Notes under the pieces: model-generated | The model's database searches: none | Seen by the model: only the letters and a program-made list of their open reading frames with translations | What the model was told of the DNA's origin: nothing | Program-made: the position numbers and the translations under genes | Part shown: positions 46,496-57,378 of the stretch, piece after piece | Numbering within the stretch: position 1 is the first letter of the stretch | Layout of the letters: every line of letters begins with the position of its first letter | Assembly: GCA_050633245.1 (NCBI GenBank) | Contig: JBOEGD010000024.1 | Coordinates: 351,513 to 415,512, forward strand | From: Calditrichia bacterium | GTDB lineage: Bacteria; Calditrichota; Calditrichia; RBG-13-44-9; J075 | Direction: 5' to 3' | Length of the DNA stretch: 64,000 nt

Positions 46496-49400
46496 ATGCG
46501 TATGACTCGCAAAACTCTATACTACCTATTTATTAGTCTGTTGTTTTCAGCATGCTTTACTACCCTGTTTGCACAGGAAGCAGTAGCTAAAGCTGAGAAC
46601 ACTGAAGAGACAGGTTTATCTGCAGGCACGGCAATAAACTTTTTTCCAAAGATTATTGTTGTCGATGGATCTGCTATTGGTACCAGCCTTGCCGATTTTG
46701 ACAACGATGGCTTAATGGACATCTATGTCTTCACGGCGAATAATCAAAGTAACTTTTTACTGCGTAATACCACATCTTCGCCCGGGACATTTACCTGGGA
46801 TGAGGTAACGTCCGGGGCAATCGTTACGGACGATAACAAGACTCGCGCCGCCAGTTGGGGCGACTATGACAACGATGGTGATCTCGATCTTTTTACAGTA
46901 GACCGTGATGATGGTCTACAGAATTATTTATATCGCAATACCGATCCTTCAGCAAATCCATCCTTTACGCAGGTCGGCTTTCCCAAAAACGGCATTCAGT
47001 CTGAAGGCTGCAGCTGGGCAGACTATGACAATGATGGTGACCTGGATATGGTCATTAGTAATGACGACGGCGATGACGCAATCGTGCTGGAGAATGACGG
47101 TAGCGGTGTTTTAAGTAGTCGATCTCTGGGAGATCTTACCGGTAGTGGTGGGATTTCTCGGGCGTTAAGCTGGGCGGATTTCGATAATGATGGTGATGTT
47201 GACATATTTATCGCTAATGAAAGTGGCAAAAGCCTGCTGCTCGAAAACAGATTAATACCGACCGGAACCGTCGACTTTTTCGATGTAAGTAATTTATTGC
47301 CAGACGTCAGCTCCAACGATGCAGAAGGAGGCAGCTGGGGCGATTATGACAACGATGGCGATTTGGATCTTTTTGTCACTTTTTTTAACGGGCAAGATAA
47401 TGTTCTGTTCGAGAACCTGCTGGAGCAGGGGAGTAGCGCATTCACCGATATTATGTTCTCGGATGGTGAACCATCCTATGGCGGTGCCTGGGGGGATTTT
47501 GATAATGATGGCGATTTAGACCTCTATGTCGGCAACGACAATGATGGTAGCGGCAATAATATCTTCTACGAAAATGATGGCTCATCGCCACCCTGGTTAC
47601 CCTCAAATGTTGGGAATCCACCGGTCGATGACAATGCTGAAAGTCGTGGACTTGCTACCGCAGATTTCGACAGCGATGGACACCTGGATATCTTTATCGC
47701 AAATGTTGGCCCCTCAGGTGATCGCGACAATTTTATGTACCTCAATCAAGGTGGCTCCAATAACAGTATTCGCATTATGTTGGAGGGAACGACATCCAAT
47801 CGCTCCGGAATTGGTGCGCGGGTAGAGGTGTGGGATAATGGAAATCGCCAAATTCGCGAAATAACCGCACAAACCGGGTATGGAGCGCAAAGCAGCTTAT
47901 GGGCTCATTTTGGTGTGGGATCGGCAACGGTGCTCGATTCAATTATTGTGCGCTGGCCGAGTTCACCGGCACAGACGTTAACTAATGTAAGCTGGGATCC
48001 CACCACGCCATACTTAATTGTTGAATCGGATGTCAGCCCGGACATTGCTGTAGACCCTTCTAGCTATAATTTTGGTGATGTTCAAATAAATCAAACCAGC
48101 GACCACATTTTTACTGTTACCAACGATGGTGATGCGAACTTGCACATTTCCAATAGCATCTTTGTGGGTACCAACTCAGGGCTATATAGTATTATCAATG
48201 GATTTTCACCACCGGTGAATCTGGATCCGGCACAGTCTGCCGAGATCGAAGTGCGCTTTGCGCCGACAACGACTGGCCAGAAAAACGTTATTCTGCGTTT
48301 AAACTCTAATGACCCGGATGAAGACCCGCTGAACATTATTATTACCGGAGAGGGGATTCCAATTCCGGTTCCAGATATCCAGATATCCGAAACATTTATC
48401 GATTTTGGGAGCGCCGACACCAGTAGCTTTGTGAATGAAACGCTGAATATTGGAAATGTGGGGACAGCGCCCCTCACGCTAAACGCGATTCAGATAAGCG
48501 ACAATCCTTCCGAGTTTTCAGTTATTGGTTTTTCGCCACCGGTTACTATTCCTTCCGGCGATAACATTGACGTGACGCTGCGCTTTTCACCTGATTTGCT
48601 CGGAACGCGCACGGGAAAGGTTCAAATTTTAAGTAATGATCCGGACGAAGGCACGGTAACGGTTGACCTTCAAGGAACGGGGCTTGAAGTGCCGCAGCCG
48701 GATATTGCTATTCTTCCTTCTTCCTATAACTTTGGAACCGAATTTGTTGGAAATCTGGACTCGACCAACTTTACGATTAAAAACCTTGGGAATGCGGATC
48801 TCAATCTAACCACAGTCCAACTGATTGGGGCAAATGTCAGTGAGTTCTCTACAAACCTGGGTTCTTTTTTGCCGGCACAGTTGTCTGCAGGAGACTCTGC
48901 GGAGTTTAAAGCCGGGTTTCTGCCGACCAGCCTGGGAACAAAATCTGCCAGTATTCGCATTACCAGTAATGATCCTGATGAAGCCATTACAGATGTGCTC
49001 TTAAGCGGAAATTCTATTGCTGTTCCGGTGCCGGAATTAACCACAAAACCCGACCCACCACTACTCGCTTTTGGGCAGGTTTTTATTGGTGACACGCTGG
49101 ACTTACCTCTGGTTTTGCTTAACAGCGGAACGGCTACCCTTACTGTCACTGATCTGGTACTTAGCCATACCGATCGGGGCTATCGCTTTAACTCGGAAAC
49201 TTTTCCGATAACTATTCCCGCCGGAGACAGTTCTATTGTGACGGTCTCATTTGAGCCATTACAAGCAGGTTTTTCAACAACGGCTCTCACGGTAAGCAGC
49301 GATGACCCCAACTCGCCCTCTCTACCCGTTACTTTGGAAGCTACAGGCACGTCGGTGCCGGTTGCCAATATTGATGTCGATCCAACCTCTCATAACTATG

Positions 49401-52400
49401 GCTCAGTTCGTCTTGGTACTGCTGGAACGCGTACCTTTAGAGTGACTAATGTGGGGACAGCCGATCTTACTGTTTCCCCACTTACAATTACCGGTAGTCA
49501 CCCGCTGGATTTTATTATCAATAATGCGGCAGGTTTTACGCTAACACCTTCGCAGTTTAGGGATATTGTTGTCGACTTTGAACCAACTGCGCTTGCCGGT
49601 CGTACTGGAAATTTACGTATTCCCTCTAACGATTTGGGAACGCCGGTTACGCTGGTTCCTTTAGGCGGGCTTGGAACGCTGCCGCAAATTTCGGTAAATC
49701 GGGACACGTTAAACTTTGGGCAAATTCAAGTCGGCAGTTCGCTGCAGACACTGAATCTGCAATTGCAGAATACCGGAACGTCGGTTTTGACTGTTGATAG
49801 TCTTACGTTGGCTAACAGCAATCCTGCATATTTCGATACGCTCAGCTTTAACGGTCCGCAGTTAATTCAACCGGACTCAACGCTTTTGCTCGGCATCAAT
49901 TTCTTACCTGCTGCAATTGGAGACTGGCGTGGAACACTATCTGTTTGGAGCGATGATACGATAATGCCTCCGCCGATTGACGTGGCGCTGATTGCCGAAG
50001 TTGTTGCTGAGCCGGTTCCGAATATTTCGGCCTCACTCGATTCCATTTCCTTTGGTGAAATGGTCATTGTAAATAGTCAGATCAATCGCAGCGTGACGGT
50101 GCGAAATATCGGTTCGGACACGCTGTTTATCAGCGGAATCTCGACTCTGGCTCCGGATGGAAATCGCTTCAATATTATTAGCGGTGCAGATGCCGATACC
50201 TTACTTCCCAGCGCAGCGCAGATTATTTCCATCGATTTTATTCCCGATATCGCACGCGAATATTCCAGTCAGCTACAAATTTTAAGTGACGATCCCGATA
50301 TGAATGATCTGCGAGTCATTTTGCAAGGAACGGCGATCGAGGAGCCGGCACCGGTCTTGGGAATAAGTGCCGACACGCTGAATTTTGGAACTCGGCAAAT
50401 TGGTTCGACCGCGCCGTTGCGAGTCCTCAAAGTGTTCAACACGGGCAATTTAGAGCTGGATATTTCGGATGTAACAGTGACGCCGAATGAAACTTTTTTC
50501 GAGATCGTATCCGGAGGAGGCAGCTTTCAAATTGTTCCCGGTGATAGTCAGGAGATTACGGTTCGCTTTATTACTGAAAACGGACCTGATGGCTCAAAAC
50601 AGGCCACTTTAAATATTGTATCGACAGATGTTACTATCGGAACTGTAGAGGTGCTTCTGGAGGGGATTCTCTCACTTGAAGGTGGTCTGGTGTTGAACAG
50701 AGATATTCTACAATTTAATCAGGTTGGAATTGATAGCCTTGCTGAATTGAGCGTAAATATGGATAACGCCGGTATCAGCCCTCTCACTATCGCTCTACAG
50801 CTAGATCCTGATGCGACTGGAATCTATGTTGTCTCGCCACAAAACTTTATGCTGGACGGTGGTGAAGATCAGCAGGTAACGATTGGATTCAGGCCAACGG
50901 AGCTTGGGTCCTACAACTCGTTTGTCGACGTATATGTTGATGGAAATCTGGAAGAAACCGTTAATCTGCGAGGAGAGGGAAAGCTGCGTAGCGGAGTCTG
51001 GCTAAAAGTACAGCCGGATACCAGCCTTGTTTTCGATACGACGCCTGTCGGCAAGAGCAAAACTCAACAGCTAATGGTGCGTAATGTTGGCCTTGAGGAT
51101 GCGCAATTAGACACGCTGGTTGTTTCCGGAAGCGGCAATAGTCAATTTCTGCCACCGGTTATTTCAACAGATGCTCGGGTGATACCCAGTAATGAAACGA
51201 AACAATATGCGATTGTTTTCCAACCGCAAGAGCCGGGCCCGGCTACTGGACAGGTAACTGCCCAGTCTAATGATCCGCGCGGTGCGCTTTCTCTTGATTT
51301 GAGCGGTGTTGCGAACTTAGAGGCCATTCGCATTGCTCCCGATTCAATTTTTATCAGTGTTCCACCTACTGAAGGGCAGGCAGCAACCATCGAAACCGGC
51401 GTCGGCGGATCGGTGCGCGATGTTTTTCTGTTCTATCGAACAGGTACCGACTTTATCTCTTCCGGTGAGAAGGCCATTACGGATTCAATTCCAATGAACT
51501 TGCAGAATGGTCGCTACCGAATTGATATAGATGCGGCCGCAATTACCGCGACCGGACTGCAGTATAAAATTCGTGCGCGTAATGCCACCAGCAGCGATTC
51601 GCTGGACTTCAGAGATTTGAAAATTGGCATCAGTAATTTCTCCGCAGTGCAGGATGAAAGTAATTTTCCATTCGGTATACCGCAGGGGGGCTGGCAGGCG
51701 ATAGCAATTCCATTTGCTTTCAACGGCTCCATTTCCCTGTCGAATCTTCTGGGAGCACAGGAAACCGTTGGAGGCAAGCCGGTAAACTGGGGAGCCTATG
51801 AGGTTGATGATAATGGCAACATCAATCCGGTGCTCAATTTACAGGACGGCAATGGTTATTGGCTTTATCACACAGAAGCGCAGAACGTGTTTTTGCCTAT
51901 CAGCTCCGCCCAGACGAATGACTTGGACTCGTTTGGAGAACAGGAACTGAGTAATGGCTGGAATCTGATTCCCTGGACCTACAGCTTTACCGGATATCTT
52001 AGCTATAAGCCGGGAGCCGAGCAGTTAATAAATTCGGTGTGGACACAATTTAATAGCGAGAATGAGCGTATTGCCGATCAGCTGGGTGTGCAGCAGGCAA
52101 AAGTATTGCGGCCTTATAGCAGCTATTTTGTTTTTGTTGAGCAGGGACCGGTGTTCGTGAAAGAGCTCTTCGATATTTCGCTTACGCAACCCACTGTAAA
52201 ATCCACTGCCAAATCGAGTTCAATTTCCACGCCGGTTTATCTGGATCTGACCCTTCATGCTGCGTCTTATACAGATCGTTATAATACCCTGGCAACCACT
52301 CCAGCTGCACAAAATGGTTTTGATACGTATGATGAATTTGAACCACCATCTTTGGCGGAGCGAATGCGCATGTTTTTCTACGATCCTGAAGATGAGGCTG

Positions 52401-52981
52401 CAAAAGCATTGTCTGCAGATGTGAAGTTTGCTAATGACGAGGGCAATGTGTGGCACATGCGTGTTGAAGCGCCACGTGCTGTTCGAGAAGAAGTGACGCT
52501 GCATTGGAATATTGATCATCTGCCGGAGAACTTTCAGATTCGCTTAATCGATATGATTAGCAAAAAAAGCTATGAGCTCAAGGGAGTCGACGCGCTGAGT
52601 AACTACGCATTTTATCCGGTGGAAAAGCATGGGCTGAAGCTGATCGTTGGTACGCCGGAATTTATTGATCAGGCAGAGCATGAAATCCGCAGCATGCTGC
52701 CGGACCAATTTCAGCTTTCGCAGAACTATCCGAATCCATTTAACCCAACGACACGGTTTGACATTGCCGTAGCAACCAGTGGAGACGTTGAGGTGGCGGT
52801 ATATAATGTGCTCGGTCAGCGCATTGCACGTCTGCAGCAGGGCTTTCTCAGTCCCGGACGCTACACCTATGAATGGAAGGGAGAAACAGCGTCCGGCGTT
52901 CCCGCTGCGTCCGGCATTTATTTTATTCGCATGACGGCGACCAACTATAAGAGAACTATCAAGGCAATGCTGTTGCGCTAG
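46496..52981 (+). CDS. Giant secreted protein: FG-GAP propeller + ASPIC/UnbV + about 10 choice-of-anchor D/ASH Ig domains + sorting domain
   Basis: Repeated WGDYDNDGDLD, NRSGIGARV, repeated P.I.V.....FG...N.G...L...SNDPD units, QNYPNPFNP CTD. Confidence 0.9.
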   Translation: MRMTRKTLYYLFISLLFSACFTTLFAQEAVAKAENTEETGLSAGTAINFFPKIIVVDGSAIGTSLADFDNDGLMDIYVFTANNQSNFLLRNTTSSPGTFTWDEVTSGAIVTDDNKTRAASWGDYDNDGDLDLFTVDRDDGLQNYLYRNTDPSANPSFTQVGFPKNGIQSEGCSWADYDNDGDLDMVISNDDGDDAIVLENDGSGVLSSRSLGDLTGSGGISRALSWADFDNDGDVDIFIANESGKSLLLENRLIPTGTVDFFDVSNLLPDVSSNDAEGGSWGDYDNDGDLDLFVTFFNGQDNVLFENLLEQGSSAFTDIMFSDGEPSYGGAWGDFDNDGDLDLYVGNDNDGSGNNIFYENDGSSPPWLPSNVGNPPVDDNAESRGLATADFDSDGHLDIFIANVGPSGDRDNFMYLNQGGSNNSIRIMLEGTTSNRSGIGARVEVWDNGNRQIREITAQTGYGAQSSLWAHFGVGSATVLDSIIVRWPSSPAQTLTNVSWDPTTPYLIVESDVSPDIAVDPSSYNFGDVQINQTSDHIFTVTNDGDANLHISNSIFVGTNSGLYSIINGFSPPVNLDPAQSAEIEVRFAPTTTGQKNVILRLNSNDPDEDPLNIIITGEGIPIPVPDIQISETFIDFGSADTSSFVNETLNIGNVGTAPLTLNAIQISDNPSEFSVIGFSPPVTIPSGDNIDVTLRFSPDLLGTRTGKVQILSNDPDEGTVTVDLQGTGLEVPQPDIAILPSSYNFGTEFVGNLDSTNFTIKNLGNADLNLTTVQLIGANVSEFSTNLGSFLPAQLSAGDSAEFKAGFLPTSLGTKSASIRITSNDPDEAITDVLLSGNSIAVPVPELTTKPDPPLLAFGQVFIGDTLDLPLVLLNSGTATLTVTDLVLSHTDRGYRFNSETFPITIPAGDSSIVTVSFEPLQAGFSTTALTVSSDDPNSPSLPVTLEATGTSVPVANIDVDPTSHNYGSVRLGTAGTRTFRVTNVGTADLTVSPLTITGSHPLDFIINNAAGFTLTPSQFRDIVVDFEPTALAGRTGNLRIPSNDLGTPVTLVPLGGLGTLPQISVNRDTLNFGQIQVGSSLQTLNLQLQNTGTSVLTVDSLTLANSNPAYFDTLSFNGPQLIQPDSTLLLGINFLPAAIGDWRGTLSVWSDDTIMPPPIDVALIAEVVAEPVPNISASLDSISFGEMVIVNSQINRSVTVRNIGSDTLFISGISTLAPDGNRFNIISGADADTLLPSAAQIISIDFIPDIAREYSSQLQILSDDPDMNDLRVILQGTAIEEPAPVLGISADTLNFGTRQIGSTAPLRVLKVFNTGNLELDISDVTVTPNETFFEIVSGGGSFQIVPGDSQEITVRFITENGPDGSKQATLNIVSTDVTIGTVEVLLEGILSLEGGLVLNRDILQFNQVGIDSLAELSVNMDNAGISPLTIALQLDPDATGIYVVSPQNFMLDGGEDQQVTIGFRPTELGSYNSFVDVYVDGNLEETVNLRGEGKLRSGVWLKVQPDTSLVFDTTPVGKSKTQQLMVRNVGLEDAQLDTLVVSGSGNSQFLPPVISTDARVIPSNETKQYAIVFQPQEPGPATGQVTAQSNDPRGALSLDLSGVANLEAIRIAPDSIFISVPPTEGQAATIETGVGGSVRDVFLFYRTGTDFISSGEKAITDSIPMNLQNGRYRIDIDAAAITATGLQYKIRARNATSSDSLDFRDLKIGISNFSAVQDESNFPFGIPQGGWQAIAIPFAFNGSISLSNLLGAQETVGGKPVNWGAYEVDDNGNINPVLNLQDGNGYWLYHTEAQNVFLPISSAQTNDLDSFGEQELSNGWNLIPWTYSFTGYLSYKPGAEQLINSVWTQFNSENERIADQLGVQQAKVLRPYSSYFVFVEQGPVFVKELFDISLTQPTVKSTAKSSSISTPVYLDLTLHAASYTDRYNTLATTPAAQNGFDTYDEFEPPSLAERMRMFFYDPEDEAAKALSADVKFANDEGNVWHMRVEAPRAVREEVTLHWNIDHLPENFQIRLIDMISKKSYELKGVDALSNYAFYPVEKHGLKLIVGTPEFIDQAEHEIRSMLPDQFQLSQNYPNPFNPTTRFDIAVATSGDVEVAVYNVLGQRIARLQQGFLSPGRYTYEWKGETASGVPAASGIYFIRMTATNYKRTIKAMLLR

Positions 52982-53016
52982 TTTCTTAATCATTCGTTTC
53001 TGTTAAGGGAACGTCA

Positions 53017-55140
53017 TTATTGCGCTGGATAGCGAATCCACATAATATCACTTCCCAACTCGCTTGTTTGCGAGAAAAGAACCTCGCGGTGAGTTGGGTC
53101 TAGGCTCAACCCAAATGTACGGGTATATCCTTCTGCTGACAGAGTCGCCACTCTTGTGCTCTTAGAGGTTGAAAAAGAGTAAAAAAATAACATGGGTTGG
53201 TAATCTTTAGCGCGGTGAATGTAATAAATGCCATTCTCAAATACTAACCAGTTAAAGCGGTCGGCAAACTCAAGTGTTCCTAAAACAAGCTTCTCTTCGG
53301 AACCATTAAGCTGTTGTCTCCAAAGACCTGATTCCGTCCATTTTGAAAAGTAGAGGTGGTTAGTATTAGCAGATTCGCTGGCGCAATACCCTCCATTCAA
53401 AGTAACACGAGTACTTAGACCTCCGGAGAATGGGGTTTTCCATATCTCCCAAGTACCGGTTTGGTGAGAGCTAAAGTATAGCCATTTGCCATTTCCGGAG
53501 ATGTTCGGGGAGACACCACCCAAAACACGCTCAGTTGCCACACCGGATTGAACGTCCAGGGTATAGATCCTATTCTGTCCATTTATCTTCGTGTCTATGA
53601 TTACTTGCTTGCCATCAGGGGTCCACTTTGGTGGTGATGAGCGATAGGTAAGCTGAAGCTCACCTATTTGTCTTGGCTGTAGACTATTTTTGTCCAGAAC
53701 CCAAACCCTGGGAGCACCGGAACGATCCGAGATAAAGGCAATTTGTTTGCCATTGGGCGAGTGCCTGGGGCTCCAGTCTGACCAGGTTGATTGAACCAGT
53801 ATTTCCGCTTTACCGTCCGAAGAGAGTGTTTTTCGGTATATATTTGTTGAGTAGTTCCAACTTTCAAAAGCAACTTTGTTGTTGTTACTGGAAATGACGG
53901 GCCGAAGTCCAACGGATTCGTTTGATGAGAGTATTTCACTGATAGAAAGATCTGCAACCGTCACCTTCATTAGCTTGACTGCATCTTCCGAACCCGAAAG
54001 ACAATAGAGAATTTCTCGCGTATCGGCGGACCAATCCAAACCGAATATGCGTGAGTTATGTTGCGTTACTCTCCGTTCCTCACCTGAAACAACATTTAGA
54101 ATGTAAATATCCTCATTGCGATTTCCATCCTCTCTAACAAACGCAATGTATTGATCATCCGAAGAAATTGCCGGATATTTATCTCCGATAGCGGGTTGTC
54201 GAGGAGACGTGAGTTGAGTGAGCTTTTGATCGCTCATATCAACGCGGAAAAGTGCTCGTGGACGTGTTCTTACTAATTTGTCGGGATAGACTAACCACTT
54301 TTCGTTGAATGAAGCATCTAATCCAAAGATGCTTTCTAAATGTACCGGTACTATTTCTTCTGTCTTTCCCCCGTCTATTCCCATTTGACAAATAGTAGTG
54401 CTCTGTGCCGTTTTGCGTACGAATACAATTCGTTTTTGAGCATCTAATACAACGGGATACCTTTTTATTCCCACAGTAGACGGCAACTTCATTTCGCGAC
54501 CGGTAGCTAGTTCCTTAATTACCAAAAGTGAGAGAGTGGGTAAGCTGTCCTTACAAAATATAAGAAACCGGTCGTTGTCAAAGAAGTTGGGGTTTCGTTC
54601 TATTCCCGGGGCAGAAGTCAATGGAAATGTCCTTGTTGATGAGCCTTTACCGCTGTCGGATTTTAAATATAGAAGGCTAAAATAGACTCCAAGGCTTATA
54701 CATAAAAGGAGCAAGGCAGCAATCTGTAACCTGTTGTATTGCTTTAACAAAGATGTTCTTTGGGGCTTTTCCGTTGGTGTCGACTGATTTTGAAAAACAG
54801 GCTCTGCTTTAACGATTAAGCGATATCCTTTTTTGGAGATGGTCTCGATTGTTTGATTTTTGCCGTTTACGTCCCTCAGGATTTTTCGTAGTTTTGAAAT
54901 TGCTTGTGTCAGAGAATTCTCTGTAACAAGTGTTTCTCCCCATACAGAGAGGATAAGTTTATCCTTCGTTACCGTTTCACCATCTGCAGCTACAAGTAAT
55001 GCGAGCACTTCCATTACTTTCGGTTCAACCTTAATTTTCCGATTGTCTTTTATAATGCGATTCGTATTAAAGTTTACCAGGCATTCGGCAATGCGATAGG
55101 AGGCAGGCTCGATTAAGTCGTTTGTGTTTTCGGCAGACAT
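53017..55140 (-). CDS. CadC/ToxR-like winged-helix + TM + TolB/PD40 beta-propeller (membrane one-component regulator)
   Basis: VEPKVMEVL...LTQAISKLRK...IETISKKGYRL, TM, SPNGKQIAFISDRSG repeats. Confidence 0.88.
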   Translation of the reverse strand: MSAENTNDLIEPASYRIAECLVNFNTNRIIKDNRKIKVEPKVMEVLALLVAADGETVTKDKLILSVWGETLVTENSLTQAISKLRKILRDVNGKNQTIETISKKGYRLIVKAEPVFQNQSTPTEKPQRTSLLKQYNRLQIAALLLLCISLGVYFSLLYLKSDSGKGSSTRTFPLTSAPGIERNPNFFDNDRFLIFCKDSLPTLSLLVIKELATGREMKLPSTVGIKRYPVVLDAQKRIVFVRKTAQSTTICQMGIDGGKTEEIVPVHLESIFGLDASFNEKWLVYPDKLVRTRPRALFRVDMSDQKLTQLTSPRQPAIGDKYPAISSDDQYIAFVREDGNRNEDIYILNVVSGEERRVTQHNSRIFGLDWSADTREILYCLSGSEDAVKLMKVTVADLSISEILSSNESVGLRPVISSNNNKVAFESWNYSTNIYRKTLSSDGKAEILVQSTWSDWSPRHSPNGKQIAFISDRSGAPRVWVLDKNSLQPRQIGELQLTYRSSPPKWTPDGKQVIIDTKINGQNRIYTLDVQSGVATERVLGGVSPNISGNGKWLYFSSHQTGTWEIWKTPFSGGLSTRVTLNGGYCASESANTNHLYFSKWTESGLWRQQLNGSEEKLVLGTLEFADRFNWLVFENGIYYIHRAKDYQPMLFFYSFSTSKSTRVATLSAEGYTRTFGLSLDPTHREVLFSQTSELGSDIMWIRYPAQ

Positions 55141-55181
55141 GATAGATTATTTACGCTTATGTTAAGGGTCTGGTTTAAGAT

Positions 55182-55208
55182 TCATAAAATCATCATAAAA
55201 ACGTCATG
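55182..55208. promoter_or_regulatory. Candidate winged-helix operator (11-bp-period direct repeats)
   Basis: TCATAAAA at 55182 and 55193, TCAT at 55204, in the divergent intergenic region. Confidence 0.5.
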
Positions 55209-55335
55209 TTTTATTCAAGTAAAGGTGGTTAGAAAAAAGCATAATGAAATCCAATGAATGAAGCAAGAAGCGATTCATCCGCAACCAGCTGGAAGTAAAT
55301 ACGGATATGTGAACGCATCTTTGAAAGGAAAACCG

Positions 55336-57138
55336 ATGAAATGGTCTACATTTATTTTCTACGCAATATTGCTGAGCAGCACCATCACGAATGCTCAGAT
55401 GTTTACGCGCATTTTAGGTGACCCGGTAGTTAGTGACAACAGATATTCAGAAGGATCATCCTGGGGGGACATTAATAACGATGGCCTTCTGGACGTTTTT
55501 ATTCCGGATCTATTCATTGAGAATAGGAATATCTTATTCACTAATAACGGTGATGGCACATTTACTGAGATAGTGAACGGCCCTGTTGTTACTGATTTTG
55601 CAAGATCGACCGGCGGAAATTTTGGTGACATTGACAATGATGGTGATCTTGATCTGTTCGTGACAAATTGGTTTAGTAGCGACAACTTTTTGTATGAGAA
55701 TGATGGAAATGGTGCTTTTAATCGTATTACGACCGGTGCTATTGTCAACGATGGTGGACAGTCTTTTGGATCGAGTGTAATTGATTACGATAGTGATGGC
55801 TTTCTCGATGTATATGTAATTAATGGCGCGTTTACCAACGATGGTGCAGACAACTTCTTATATCATAATAATGGCGATGGTACGTTCACAAAGATAACCA
55901 GTGGTGCTCCGGTTAATGATGGACAACACTCTAACGGAAACTCCTGGTGTGATTACGATAGCGATGGGGATCCTGATCTGTTTGTCGCAAACGGTGGAGC
56001 TTTTCTCGTGACGCAAGTTGACAATGTTATCTATCAAAATAATGGCGATGGCACATTTACTGAAATTAATCCCGAAACCATCGGGATTGAACATAGCTAT
56101 TCCTCTTACGGTAATTGGGGAGACTATGATAATGATGGTGATTTCGATCTATTCGTAACAAACTACTTCGGCAATAATAATATCCTTTATAAAAACAATG
56201 GTAATGGCACATTCAGTAAAGTAACAACCGGTGTAATTGTTAATGATGGAGGAGATTCAGTAAGCTCAACCTGGGGAGATTTTGATAACGATGGAGATCT
56301 TGATCTATATGTTACTAATGATTTTAACGAAAACAATAATCTGTATCAAAATAATGGCGATGGCACGTTTACTAAAATAATCAGCGGCGATCCTTCGAAT
56401 GATGGAGGACGCTCCAATGGGGCTACCTGGGCAGATTATAACAATGATGGTTTGCTCGATCTCTTTGTGCCGAATGGACAGAGGCCGGTAACGCAGAGTA
56501 ATATTTTATATCTCAACACCGGATCCACCGGGAATAATTGGATTAACCTGAGTTGTGTTGGTACCACATCAAACCGGACGGCCATCGGCACGGAGGTTAG
56601 GGCTAAGGCAGTGGTTAACGGAGTTCCGCTCTGGCAGTTGAGACAAATTTCTGGATGCACTGGTTTTAACGCACAAAATAGTTTCAATATTGAAGTTGGG
56701 CTAGGCAATGCTGCACAGGTAGATTCTTTAATTATCAAGTGGCCCTCGGGAGTGGTTGACGTTTATACGAATGTAGATGCCAGTCTTTTTTATGAGGCTG
56801 TGGAGGGTACAGGGTTAAATCCGATTATAACCGCAATTGCGGATCAGGCCAACACACCGACAACGTTTGAACTGCAACAAAACTATCCAAATCCGTTTAA
56901 CCCGACCACTCGGCTTAATATTGCGGTGGCAACCAGTGGGGATGTTGAGGTTGCGGTTTACAATGCGCTCGGACAACAAATTACGAGCTTGCAGCAGGGT
57001 TTTCTCACTCCGGGACGTTATACCTTTGAATGGAAGGGAGAATCGGCTTCCGGCGTTCCTGCTGTTTCCGGTATCTATTTTATTCGCATGACGGCTTCCA
57101 GCTATAAGAAGACTATCAAGGCAATGCTGCTGCGCTAG
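55336..57138 (+). CDS. CRTAC1-like FG-GAP/ASPIC-UnbV secreted protein with sorting domain
   Basis: WGD.DNDGD.DL repeats, NNGDGTF, SNRTAIG, CTD; AAAGGA RBS before ATG 55336. Confidence 0.9.
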   Translation: MKWSTFIFYAILLSSTITNAQMFTRILGDPVVSDNRYSEGSSWGDINNDGLLDVFIPDLFIENRNILFTNNGDGTFTEIVNGPVVTDFARSTGGNFGDIDNDGDLDLFVTNWFSSDNFLYENDGNGAFNRITTGAIVNDGGQSFGSSVIDYDSDGFLDVYVINGAFTNDGADNFLYHNNGDGTFTKITSGAPVNDGQHSNGNSWCDYDSDGDPDLFVANGGAFLVTQVDNVIYQNNGDGTFTEINPETIGIEHSYSSYGNWGDYDNDGDFDLFVTNYFGNNNILYKNNGNGTFSKVTTGVIVNDGGDSVSSTWGDFDNDGDLDLYVTNDFNENNNLYQNNGDGTFTKIISGDPSNDGGRSNGATWADYNNDGLLDLFVPNGQRPVTQSNILYLNTGSTGNNWINLSCVGTTSNRTAIGTEVRAKAVVNGVPLWQLRQISGCTGFNAQNSFNIEVGLGNAAQVDSLIIKWPSGVVDVYTNVDASLFYEAVEGTGLNPIITAIADQANTPTTFELQQNYPNPFNPTTRLNIAVATSGDVEVAVYNALGQQITSLQQGFLTPGRYTFEWKGESASGVPAVSGIYFIRMTASSYKKTIKAMLLR

Positions 57139-57378
57139 GCTATTAATAACGCTTCGTCTTGCTGATGAGGCAAATACTTGTGCTAGTGACATCGAGAGTA
57201 AATATGCATCGTCTGAAGGAAGGGACATAATTAGTACTCAGAAAATACCTTTTTTGAGGCGAATAATACCCACTATATTTTTGAATAAGGAAGAAAATCT
57301 GTTTATAGACCTCTCTTTGAAAAAAGCGGGCGTATAGTAAAGGTCTCTTATTCAAGGTTAAAATTGGAGGTATGAGCA

